Source of the DNA: Haloquadratum walsbyi C23
Lineage (GTDB): Archaea > Halobacteriota > Halobacteria > Halobacteriales > Haloferacaceae
Length of the DNA stretch: 32,000 nucleotides
Assembly: GCF_000237865.1 (NCBI RefSeq)
Contig: NC_017459.1
Coordinates: 1,710,001 to 1,742,000, forward strand
Reading direction: 5' to 3'
Shown: piece after piece, positions 1 to 8,951 of the stretch
Numbering within the stretch: the first letter of the stretch is position 1
Layout of the letters: each line of letters starts with the position of its first letter
Program-made: the position numbers and the translations under genes
Notes under the pieces: generated by a model
Database searches by the model: none
Seen by the model: the letters and a program-made list of their open reading frames with translations, nothing else
Told to the model about the DNA's origin: nothing

Positions 1-170
1 CATGACGGATCAAATATAATTGTCATATCAATCTCGTCTAAGAATCTCATACTTATGATTACACAATTTCGAATATAAAACTAGTCAATGTTGAGGGAGC
101 AATGGAATGAGTCAGATATAATAAGACATATGAATCCGGAAGAATTTCAGCATTTAGTAGCTAAATCCTA

Positions 171-1229
171 ATGGCAACAGACGTACGATTGCAGTATTAC
201 GGTGCGCAGTACGGTCAGATTATCAGCGTGTTACTTGTTGTGTCTGCAATCGCTGCGTTTGCTGCCGCAGGGTTTGTTTACACTAACCCACCAATCGAAC
301 AGACAAGCCCAGAGGAGACAAATGTGCAGTCATTCTCATTTGATACGGACCATCGTGCAACAATAACCGGTCAAAGTCAGCTTTTTGACCGTGGGCGGAC
401 GCTCCAGAACTATCCTGTCTATTTTCGGAATTCCTCACCCGATGTTACCTTCGCTACAACAATTTCTGTCCCACAAGATCGGTCAGTCGATGTCTCCTAT
501 CGAGTCATTGCAAATTATGAAGCAACGTTTCGTGGTGAAGTGTTCTGGGACCAACAGGAAGTCGTTGCAACTAATAAATGGACAGTGCAAGATGGGCAAG
601 TTCAACATAATACAACATTAACAATTTCAGAATATCTATCACGAATTGACCCATTTGAATCAGCAGTTGGGAGTACGGGAACACTATCACGAGATCTACA
701 GTTCGTTGTAACATACAGTTCACCGGTTGATGGGGGGAACAGATATGAGGGACAGTTGCGCTCGACGACGACAATTCAATCATCATCCGATGCATATTGG
801 GTAAGTTCTGAGATTGGAGATAGCACAACAAAAAGCCAGACACAGTCATCAGAGCAGTATGTCGGACAGCCAAATATGCAGCAAGTGCGATTGTTAGCCG
901 GGAGTGGTGGTATATTATTAATCGCTGGGGCAAGTGTATTCGTCTGGACGCGTCGACAGGATGACCCAGCTGAATTGGAACTTGCCGTTGTTCGCGACCG
1001 CTATGACGAGTGGATCTCAGAGGGTGAACTCCCAACCGGTGCAGCGAGTGAGTACGTATATATAAACTCACTTGAGGGGATTGTCGACATTGCAATCGAC
1101 ACCAACAAACGCGTCATTTATGACGCTGATCTTGAGACCTACAGCGTTGTTGATGAGAATATTATTTACTACTATGCGCGTGACCCGACCGCTGTCTCAT
1201 CGTGGCTGAATCTTTCTGTTGATGAATAA
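171..1229 (+). CDS. Two-pass membrane protein, DUF5305-like: N-terminal TM, ~200-aa T/S/Q-rich ectodomain, second TM, ~90-aa acidic cytoplasmic tail
   Basis: ATG-started 352-codon ORF. Hydrophobic segments are IISVLLVVSAIAAFAAAGFVY and LLAGSGGILLIAGASVFVW, the latter followed by TRRQDD. The tail motif RYDEWISEGELP...LEGIVDIAIDTNKRVIYD matches my memory of the DUF5305 family found beside SipW-type signal peptidases. The gene is convergent with, and 6 nt from, the peptidase gene. Family name is from memory, not searched. Confidence 0.7.
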   Translation: MATDVRLQYYGAQYGQIISVLLVVSAIAAFAAAGFVYTNPPIEQTSPEETNVQSFSFDTDHRATITGQSQLFDRGRTLQNYPVYFRNSSPDVTFATTISVPQDRSVDVSYRVIANYEATFRGEVFWDQQEVVATNKWTVQDGQVQHNTTLTISEYLSRIDPFESAVGSTGTLSRDLQFVVTYSSPVDGGNRYEGQLRSTTTIQSSSDAYWVSSEIGDSTTKSQTQSSEQYVGQPNMQQVRLLAGSGGILLIAGASVFVWTRRQDDPAELELAVVRDRYDEWISEGELPTGAASEYVYINSLEGIVDIAIDTNKRVIYDADLETYSVVDENIIYYYARDPTAVSSWLNLSVDE

Positions 1230-1235
1230 TATCGC

Positions 1236-2390
1236 TTATTCAAGCCATTGACGGATTTTAACCAATAATGGCACATCGCGTTGTCGGCGACCAATTCGAA
1301 TCGGGTCAAGTCCAACCAATGTCGTTGAAATAATAAATGATGCAGCACCGACAGCAGTGTTGATCGCAATGAGTGGTGCCCATGGATGAATACGATATAA
1401 TCCACTAATCATTTCACGCGGGAGAAAGGCAAGATATCGATGTTCAACAATTGCATCGACATACACACCGGTTGAGGGTGGCGCAGAAATCGTCACATTT
1501 GTTTCCGCTGTTGTCTGTGCGGGAACAACCAACTCTGTATCAGAGACAGCAACATTATCACTTGCTGGTTCAATCATCACAATAACCGGGATCCATCCAT
1601 TACTTGGGACTTGATAGCTCACTGTTTCATTTGACCCCTGTCCAATAACGGAAATCCCAGCAGAATCACTCTCCGAACTCACATACTGAAATTGATGGAC
1701 ACCACCGGGGAGGATCATACTCATAGTGAGGGTGGCTGTCAGAAGCAATATCAAGATAGTGATAATGAGTGTTGGATTGATTTTTCCTGCGGAGCGTGAG
1801 GTGTCTCGGCGGCGGGTTGATCGGGTATTTTCTGCATATGCTGACAGTGCGTATGCAATCCCACCAAAGCCAATAAGGATATATGACAGTCCTTGCCCAC
1901 CAAGGATTGCTCGTGTTCCAAGTAATACTGCTAATTCTTCCTGTGCTGTTGTTGTGAGTGATCCCATTGTGGTGACTGCAGTTCCAAGATTAGGAATCAC
2001 AACAACAAAATCACCAATCGCGAGTGCTTTTGCAACAACCTGTGACTCACTGACTGGTGGTTCAGACCCATCCTGATCGGTGACAACATTCGCATCACCA
2101 CGGGTGATATATCCATCTGATGTTGTCCCAACGACTCGATGTGTGACTAACCCACCACCGTTGAGATTAACAGCGTCAAAGGTAACAATATCACCCTCCT
2201 CAATTGGTCCAGCTAATGCTGTTGGAATCGCAATAAACCCATCACCAGCGCTAATGGTCGGAGCCATACTCCCCGTTTCAACATATGCCGGACCAACTGG
2301 CTGTCCGAGAAGTGCCCCGGCGAGCATTGAAATAACAAATAATAGTGCTAGCGCGCCGCCAACCCGTTTGAGTACCTGTACTAGCACCAT
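1236..2390 (-). CDS. Signal peptidase I, archaeal/ER (Sec11/SipW) type S26B, with a long multi-TM C-terminal extension
   Basis: ATG start. N-terminal anchor is ALALLFVISMLAGALLG. Catalytic motifs are the Ser box VETGSMAPTISAGD, the His box LVTHRVVG (Ser/His type, not the bacterial Ser/Lys type) and the Asp box ITRGDANVVTDQDG. About 200 extra residues carry three further hydrophobic segments (LSYILIGFGGIAYALSAYA, LIITILILLLTATLTMSMIL, LIAINTAVGAASFIISTTLVGL). Confidence 0.85.
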   Translation of the reverse strand: MVLVQVLKRVGGALALLFVISMLAGALLGQPVGPAYVETGSMAPTISAGDGFIAIPTALAGPIEEGDIVTFDAVNLNGGGLVTHRVVGTTSDGYITRGDANVVTDQDGSEPPVSESQVVAKALAIGDFVVVIPNLGTAVTTMGSLTTTAQEELAVLLGTRAILGGQGLSYILIGFGGIAYALSAYAENTRSTRRRDTSRSAGKINPTLIITILILLLTATLTMSMILPGGVHQFQYVSSESDSAGISVIGQGSNETVSYQVPSNGWIPVIVMIEPASDNVAVSDTELVVPAQTTAETNVTISAPPSTGVYVDAIVEHRYLAFLPREMISGLYRIHPWAPLIAINTAVGAASFIISTTLVGLDPIRIGRRQRDVPLLVKIRQWLE

Positions 2391-3252
2391 GGCTCTGATA
2401 CATAATTATACTATCTCAATCATTTAGTGTCTTTCAATCATACAAAAATCAAAAATCAAAAATCAAATTAATTGAATATGCTGGAGGAACCATGCTCAGA
2501 TACTGTCGATAGCAGCGTCAATCGCTTATGAACGTATTATCCACCTGGTTCAACGTCATACGTTCATTATTTTGCAATGACGCACTCCTGTTTGATGCGT
2601 TACTCAGGGAGTGATAGCAAGCGTTTTGTGTCTGATGTTAACTGATGACGCTGGTGATGCAGTAATCCGAGCGTCAATTCCACCGGTGATTACTCCGATC
2701 AACTCGTGTCTTCTCGTATGATCTATACTGATAGAAGAAGTCGAATACAACGACCCCCATCGCTAGATCGGTCAACTTCGGTATTGTATCTAGTGATAAA
2801 AATGCCTTAGATAACTGCGAGTGCTGCGGTTGAGAAAATAATTGGACATTGTCCCGTAAAAAGCAACTGACGACAAAGACGTGTTCACTTCTCATGAAGA
2901 GGAAAATAGCGTTTATGTAAACTGTATACCGTATAAGAAAATACTACAGGGTATTTTTCGGATTATCCGATTATCATATTTCCCCACATTTTCCTCCAAA
3001 GTCATTTAATTCTGATTTTGACTCATCAAAAGGTCATAGTTTTGAATAAGTTTCCGGGAGAAGCCCTGAAAAAGAAAAATATATTCTCTCTATACAATAA
3101 CTGGTCACGATCTTATCATTTCGGTAATACGAAACTATGACTATATCCTCATAGGTTATATAGACAATGTAGCTGATTGGTCCCTTATTTGTCGTCAGAC
3201 TCGCGTATTTGAGGTGTGTCTGCGGAACTGATATGACTTCGAATATCTAAAT

Positions 3253-3744
3253 ATGATAATATCACGCTTCATGTGGCGAGGAATTATTTTTGCAATTGTA
3301 ATTGCACTTGGGGGAGCGGTTCTACTTGGATGGGCACCCTCTCCAACATCAACAGGAGCCGCATCACTCACGACCGATCAGGGAAACACCGATTTTGACG
3401 TAATGGTAACGACACAAGGGCGGTGTGGTCCAACATGTCTCAACGTCGCGACAGTAGTAACAAACCAACAGACAACACAAGCAACAAATATAGAAATCAC
3501 AGCTCAAGTGTTCCCTGGATACGTGGAATCAGCAAACAGCGCCACAACAACAGTAGTCTATCGAACAGAAGAACAAGTTGGGACACTTGCCCCAGGGGAG
3601 CGAAAAAGTATTGACCGGTCCGTTCGGTGGGGTAGTGCAGAGGCTCTGTCGGTCAAAGACCAGGGTGGACGCGTGACTATTCTCATTGAGATCCAATCCA
3701 CAGATACAGAAGTGACCTTCCGCGAGCATTATGATCTTATATAA
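3253..3744 (+). CDS. Small N-terminally anchored or exported protein, unknown function
   Basis: ATG start. N-terminal hydrophobic segment is GIIFAIVIALGGAVLLGW, followed by a T/Q-rich beta-type sequence (NIEITAQVF, RVTILIEIQSTDTEVTF). No family recognised. Coding call rests on length, composition and its position in the surface island. Confidence 0.55.
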   Translation: MIISRFMWRGIIFAIVIALGGAVLLGWAPSPTSTGAASLTTDQGNTDFDVMVTTQGRCGPTCLNVATVVTNQQTTQATNIEITAQVFPGYVESANSATTTVVYRTEEQVGTLAPGERKSIDRSVRWGSAEALSVKDQGGRVTILIEIQSTDTEVTFREHYDLI

Positions 3745-4147
3745 CAAATACGAAACGTGAGTGGTAACGAATCTTATCATAAGCACACGTTCACCCATCG
3801 TGCATCAGAATAATCACGAACTGAATGTGTCTGACCCTTTCGACGTGACAAGAGTGTTATCTGTTTATATTTTATATTTCACTTTCGCACTAGCACTACC
3901 ACTACCACTGCCACTTCTACTGAGATACCCAGTTACACATTAGCGATCTTTTCGCCTATAGGTGCACAAGATATCATAAATAAGTGATACAACGACGCAA
4001 TATTTCGTCGTCATGCGATTATCTAATATATTAATGATAAGTCATAATTGTATTAATCCTTCTTTTGAATCATCAATACGCATTAGCTCTAAGATTATAT
4101 CAATAATTAGCAGTAAATAACAACGGATATACCTTCACAAAACCAAT

Positions 4148-5483
4148 ATGATATATCGCATCTTATACACGCCGAGGAGCTCTTGCCCTGTTCATCACAG
4201 GAGGTGTCTGGTGGATAACTGAGACAGACGCATTTAGCTCTGCGAAGACAAGCCGATCAGCCACTGTCGGCGCCGGCTCCGATGATGTTGCACTCCTCGG
4301 AATCGGGGGTATTGATTCACGAACGGCGTTTAATGAACCACACGCAATTACACTTACAAATCAGACTCAAACCCCAGTTGAGGTGACTATTGAGAGCCGG
4401 AATGGTCGATTCAATTTCAACACATCTCAAATTAATTTATCATCTGGGGAGAACAGAGAGATTTCTGCTTCCACCGCCAGCACTGAGACCGGCGAAGTTT
4501 CAGACTTTCTCCGATTCGTTGCGACGTCACTTGAGTACGGAACGAATATTGAGGCAACTCGACGACTCACGCTGAAGTCCGAGTCTGCTGGAGCTGACAG
4601 AGGGCTCCTCATCTATGCGGTCAAGACTTCACAGTCGAATGGCGATATCAGAGTGTACAATCCAGCCACCGATACAGTCAGTAACCCGCCACAGAGTCGC
4701 CCTGCATCTGCTCTTGGAGACACAGCAGATATCGTCGGCGACAGTGCGGTCGACATTCCGTACCTCACTAAGCAAGGCAAAAATCGAGTGTATGCTACAA
4801 CTGTAGGGGAGAGTTCGGACACACAAATCCCGAAGCAAAACAGTGCTAAACCAAAAATTGACCCGAATAAGCCAACACGGATCGCAGTTGGTGAGTGGCA
4901 ACCAGCAGATCTGTCGGGGAAACTTATTCTTGCCGAGAGTAATCAAGGAAACATCGCGGGCATTGATGCGGACGGAAACGCTGAGGTGATCGCCAGACCC
5001 GGAAACGGCTGTAGTGCTGTCATGGGTGTTGCTGACGTTGACGACGATGGGAGCGATGAGATAATCTTCTTTGATGGGTCCCAAGAAATCCGGTATCTCA
5101 ATCAGGATGATAGTACAGAAAAAGTCCCAACCGGAGGCGTAGGAAGCAACAACGGGAGTGGAATCGGTCCGCCTGCAGATTTTGACGGTGATGGCGTTCC
5201 ACGAGTTCCATTCATCGACGGGAGTCAAAATCCGACTCTTATTACGAGTGATGGGGTAAAAACACGACTGAATAAGAATGGTGTTGCAAAAAAAGCCGGC
5301 GTCGCACCCGTTGATATCGACGCTGACGGCGATCTCGAATTGTTATTCTTTGGCAATGATGAGGGGAAGGTACAATATGTCGATGATGTTCTGGGGTCCA
5401 ACACGATTGAAACACTCAAAGTAGAGGGAAGCACGATCTCGCCTGAGGAAAAAATTGGCTTAGGATTCGGCAGACAGCCATAG
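4148..5483 (+). CDS. Secreted FG-GAP/VCBS-like beta-propeller protein with a TasA-like leader module; start region disrupted (possible pseudogene); paralog of 10890..12770
   Basis: The ORF track starts at GTG 4383, but the frame stays open back to a TGA at 4149-4151. The 77 upstream codons (YIASYTRRGALALFITGGVWWITETDAFSSAKTSRSATVGAGSDDVALLGIGG...NEPHAITLTNQTQTPVEV) align with the N-terminus of the 10890 paralog. The only nearby ATG (4148) is one nucleotide out of frame. The C-terminal two thirds carries repeated Asp-rich loop plus beta-strand motifs: DVDDDGSDEIIFFDG, DFDGDGVPRVPFIDG, VDIDADGDLELLFFG. Confidence 0.6.
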
Positions 5484-5879
5484 ATCGCTCCTGTGGGACC
5501 GTCTGTCGATACGTTATTCTTTCACTTCACGTATTGAGTTTCGCTCTTAATTGAACGTCTAGCACATTTGAACACACGTTCCTCACCCTCTTTGCATTGT
5601 AATAAACACTAGTTGAGGATGGCATATATGTCTACTCTGCCCAAATACTGAATCCTTGCAGACCGGGGTAGATTCTTTATACGACAGTGCAATATACAAG
5701 ATCCTTGCATTCAGTGATTATTTTTGTACTGTCCAAGCACAGGGAAGGCTGAGAGAAAATATCACAAACAGCAGAGAACTCACAAGAGAGATTACATACG
5801 TATCTAATTAAAGTTGGGTCACAGGGGACACGATAATCACTAACAGATTGATTGAGTTGATGATTTGGTAAGTACGAGT

Positions 5880-8189
5880 TCACACATCGAGGGTAAATTC
5901 TCTCGTGTGTTCCGTCGCGGTTTTCTCTTTTTCATTCACAGTCTTCACCGCAATCGTGTATGACTCTGTGTCATTAATTGAGAGAGTTGGTGGGACATAC
6001 AGTGTCGCCGGGGTCAGCTCATATCGATATGACCCGATTTCTGTTGTTCCTGTCCCGTCGGGCGTGATCTCTTTCGTGAGGAGCTCGTCTCCGTCATCGT
6101 CCACAATTGAGAGTCTGATGGCGATGATTGGGCGATTGTCATCCTCGACCACGAGTGAGTCGACACCGAGACATCGATTATCATGCTCATAGAACGGGGT
6201 CCCGAGTTCGACAATTCGTGGGTTGCGACGAATGCGGGTCATGATCGTCGCCCATGGAAAGACGCGATACCCAGCAACGGACCCCAGAATTCCAATCAGT
6301 GACAGGATCCCTGGCATAAGCACCTGCTGTGGGACGACTCGTTGATTGATCAGCGTCTCTTCGGGTGGAATCACAATCGTCTCAACTGTTGATGCCTCGC
6401 CACCATACTCATCTTCGACACGTACTTGGACTGTATATTGTGTCTCTTGGGTTGGATACGTGACCGTCTGTCCGGTCTTAATCGTCCCATCAGGGAATTC
6501 CCATCGCACGGAGACATCGCCGATTTCATTTGAGATATTCGCAGTCAGTGTTGTCTCATTTCCATCGGTTTCAACTTGAGTTTGCGTCTGCGTTTGCGTT
6601 TGTGTCTTGGTCACGTTATCGATGGCTGGAATATCATTCACCACAATCGTTTGAGTTGTTGTATCTGACTGTCCAAGGCTGTTCGTCAGTTTCAATTTAG
6701 CCTCATAGATCCCTGGTTCATTGAATTCTGTTTGAATATTCCTGCCAGTTTTTGTTGATCCATCCGGAAGTGTCCAGGTGTATCGAACATCAGGATCAGC
6801 GAAGATTGCAAATGGGGAGAACCCAGGTGTTCCCGCTTCAAGAACAACAGAGTCCTCTCGAACAGTCACATCAGTGTCCAATACCTGCCATCCGTCATCA
6901 GTCAACCGCCCGACAACAGCCTCATCAGGGTCAACCTCTCCCAGCGTCGATCGGTCTGTATTCAATTCGATCGTTGTCTCGGTATCTCCTTCTGACGATG
7001 GCACATCAATATCGACTGCTGCTGATACCTGTTGTGAGGGAGACACTGCATCAGTTGATCCAACTGTTGACTGACCTCCATCCAGTTCAACCTCCTCATC
7101 TGTTGTTGTGACGATTGCGTTCGAGTCAATGTCGAGATCAGATGTTTCAGACTCTATCCCGCTACTCGAATCCGAATCTGCTGTGCTTGTGGCTGTCTCT
7201 CCGCTTTGATCACTTTCACTCGCAGCTGTTGTCTCAGTCTCAGTCTCAGTCCCAGAGCCTTCAGTCTCCTCCTCGGCAGGTGAGTTGATAACAGCAGTCG
7301 GTCGGGACTCTCCTTCCGGAAGTGACTCCGTCGAAATAGGGTCAACATCAACAATACTCTGTCCCTGCTGTTGCTGTGACTGTGATTGTGATTGCTCTTG
7401 TCCCTCTGCTTGTCCTTGTTGCTCTATGGTTGTATCCTGTGTTTGCTGCTCTTGAGCAGACTCAATATCGACTGCTATCTCTGGCTGTTCAACCTCAGGG
7501 GCAGTTGCTGTTTGTTGTGGTTGCTCTTGTGGGGCAGTCGCCGTTCCCTCCGGTTGTTGCTGTTGTTCAGTTTCGGGGACAGAATCGGGAGTTTGTTCTG
7601 CGGGTTCATCCGAATCATCATCATCATCATCATTCTCACCTAATCCTGTGTCCGTGTCCGTGTCCGTTTCAGGCACCTGTGTTCTGATCGTGATCGTCGT
7701 GGTAAGTGTGTCTCCAACATCCACATCAAGTGTATTAATCTCAATTCCCAGCGTTTCAGACTCTCCAGGCGCGAGTGTCAGGTTTCTGCCAGTCGCTCCA
7801 ACGCCGCTGTCGGGCTCACGAAATGTGAGGTTCTGCCCAACTGTGAGTCGGGAATCTTGCTGTTCAACGGTGACGGTGACAGGTCCATCGGTGGTATTGT
7901 CTGTGTGGGTAATGACGAGTAACTCTTCGAATTCGGTAATGGCATCCGCATTGACACCTGGATTGGCAATCTCAATCGAGACGTTTGTGACGTTTGTGTT
8001 CTCGCCTGCGGTCTCTGTCTTCGTGATGTGCTGCTCGGCTCCAGAAGCCGGTTTGACTGTGATCTCCGGAGCCTCTTCGGGGAAGAGTTCATCCTCAACG
8101 ACACCTGGCGTGCCGACAATCGCCCCTGGAATCACAACGAATGCTGCACATACGACTACGAGTATCGGGCTTACCGAATTAATTTTCAT
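5880..8189 (-). CDS. Large surface protein: signal/anchor, N-terminal beta-sandwich module, acidic low-complexity spacer, PGF-pre-PGF-type motif, two PKD-like domains, TM helix, ~130-aa cytoplasmic domain
   Basis: ATG start 11 nt downstream of the stop of the 8201..8818 gene. Leader is MKINSVSPILVVVCAAFVVIPGAIVG. The N-terminal module reads VSIEIANPG...LVITHTDNTTDGPVTVTV. Low-complexity runs include TDTDTD, D8, SQSQSQQQQ and TETETE. The PGF-pre-PGF-type motif is DGWQVLDTDVTVREDSVVLEAGTPGFSPFAIFA. PKD-like repeats are VRYTWTLPDGSTKTG...YEAKLKLTNSLGQSDTTTQTIVV and VRWEFPDGTIKTG...YTVQVRVEDEYGGEASTVETIVI. The TM is LMPGILSLIGILGSVAGY, followed by RIRRNPR. Confidence 0.8.
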   Translation of the reverse strand: MKINSVSPILVVVCAAFVVIPGAIVGTPGVVEDELFPEEAPEITVKPASGAEQHITKTETAGENTNVTNVSIEIANPGVNADAITEFEELLVITHTDNTTDGPVTVTVEQQDSRLTVGQNLTFREPDSGVGATGRNLTLAPGESETLGIEINTLDVDVGDTLTTTITIRTQVPETDTDTDTGLGENDDDDDDSDEPAEQTPDSVPETEQQQQPEGTATAPQEQPQQTATAPEVEQPEIAVDIESAQEQQTQDTTIEQQGQAEGQEQSQSQSQQQQGQSIVDVDPISTESLPEGESRPTAVINSPAEEETEGSGTETETETTAASESDQSGETATSTADSDSSSGIESETSDLDIDSNAIVTTTDEEVELDGGQSTVGSTDAVSPSQQVSAAVDIDVPSSEGDTETTIELNTDRSTLGEVDPDEAVVGRLTDDGWQVLDTDVTVREDSVVLEAGTPGFSPFAIFADPDVRYTWTLPDGSTKTGRNIQTEFNEPGIYEAKLKLTNSLGQSDTTTQTIVVNDIPAIDNVTKTQTQTQTQTQVETDGNETTLTANISNEIGDVSVRWEFPDGTIKTGQTVTYPTQETQYTVQVRVEDEYGGEASTVETIVIPPEETLINQRVVPQQVLMPGILSLIGILGSVAGYRVFPWATIMTRIRRNPRIVELGTPFYEHDNRCLGVDSLVVEDDNRPIIAIRLSIVDDDGDELLTKEITPDGTGTTEIGSYRYELTPATLYVPPTLSINDTESYTIAVKTVNEKEKTATEHTREFTLDV

Positions 8190-8200
8190 AATTTCCCCTG

Positions 8201-8818
8201 TTATCCTGTCTGTCTGATATGAACGTGTGCAGTCGCAGTGATTGTCGAACTCGTTGCTTCAGTTCCGGCTCCGGTTCCAGAAATAGATGCAGATGCAGAA
8301 TCGTCAGCAACGACTCCGACAACACGCTCTTCACCCGGCTCAAGCGTCACAGTGACATCAGTGCCGCTTAATCGCTCACCAGTCTCAGCATCACGATATT
8401 GTAGATCTGTGGATCCAGCGTTTGCATCCGTCTCTGTCTTCGTGTCGACATTTGTATCCTCGTGTGTGATCCAGACGGTCACCGTCTGTGTGTCAGTGTT
8501 CGTGATCGTGAACACTGGCTGGGATGGATTCGGTTGTGTCGGGATCGCTTGTGGTGGCGTAATATCAACACGTGTGATTGCCCCATCACGCAATGTGTTC
8601 TGGGCAGTGAGTGCCCCAGGGGCATCCCCAGCAGGTTCGATCATCACTGCCTGTGGATTCCCCCCTGTATTGGGGGCGGGTGTTGATGCTGCTGATGCTG
8701 ATGCTGTTCCACTAAGGCTAGGACTGGAAGCGTCTAACGCCGAGACCAACCCGCTTGAGGCGATGATCGCGGCGATGACGACTGCGAGTGCGAGCGTCTT
8801 GACTAATCGGGGTGTCAT
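8201..8818 (-). CDS. Small secreted protein, divergent paralog of the TasA-like proteins
   Basis: ATG start. Sec-type leader is MTPRLVKTLALAVVIAAIIASSGLVSA, followed by an A/S/T/P linker. The core motif VFTITNTDTQTVTVWITHED matches IFNITNNGEEDVDVWINTEG and IFNITNNGESTVTVWIATQG of the two larger paralogs. It is co-directional between the 8952 gene and the 5880 gene. Confidence 0.7.
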   Translation of the reverse strand: MTPRLVKTLALAVVIAAIIASSGLVSALDASSPSLSGTASASAASTPAPNTGGNPQAVMIEPAGDAPGALTAQNTLRDGAITRVDITPPQAIPTQPNPSQPVFTITNTDTQTVTVWITHEDTNVDTKTETDANAGSTDLQYRDAETGERLSGTDVTVTLEPGEERVVGVVADDSASASISGTGAGTEATSSTITATAHVHIRQTG

Positions 8819-8951
8819 TGGTCGAACTATTGAAATATCGACGAATATCGGCTGAGAAACTATTCGCTAGGTCCCCTAGAGAAATATATTCGACTGTTCG
8901 TCAGTAGGGGGAAAGGAGTTCAGTTATGTATCAGATCTGATACTCTGTTGG

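Noticed and set aside
571-2427. Antisense shadow ORFs (571..1095 -, 1726..2076 +, 2080..2427 +, 385..621 +, 1172..1405 -).
   Set aside because: They overlap well-supported genes, have basic/Cys/His-rich non-halophilic composition and carry no motifs.
2674-2895. A 73-aa ORF in the 860-bp spacer between the peptidase gene and 3253. Also the (CAAAAAT)x3 run at ~2445-2468.
   Set aside because: The ORF composition is non-halophilic and has no motif. The heptamer run is short and AT-rich, and I judged it a chance low-complexity stretch.
6240-6330. The TM segment LMPGILSLIGILGSVAGY of the 769-aa protein could be a genuine PGF-CTERM archaeosortase signal.
   Set aside because: The motif is PGI and not PGF, and about 130 further residues follow, whereas a PGF-CTERM ends the protein. 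I kept it only as a resemblance inside the finding on this gene.
6014-8222. Many 60-190 aa ORFs on both strands inside the 769-aa gene (e.g. 7648..8217 +, 7376..7687 +, 7778..8119 -).
   Set aside because: They are low-complexity shadow frames of the repeat-rich CDS, with no independent support.
8238-8855. A 205-aa + strand ORF that exactly mirrors the 8201..8818 minus-strand ORF.
   Set aside because: The minus-strand product has a canonical Sec leader, acidic composition, the paralog motif VFTITNTD..VTVWI and operon context. The + strand product is hydrophobic and V/S/A-rich with no such features.
8860-8945. Small palindromes after the stop of the 8952 gene (ctagg-tcc-cctag at 8867-8879; atcagatctgat at 8931-8942) could be an intra-operon attenuator or terminator.
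   Set aside because: The stems are only 4-5 bp and there is no clear T-tract. This is too weak to call by eye.
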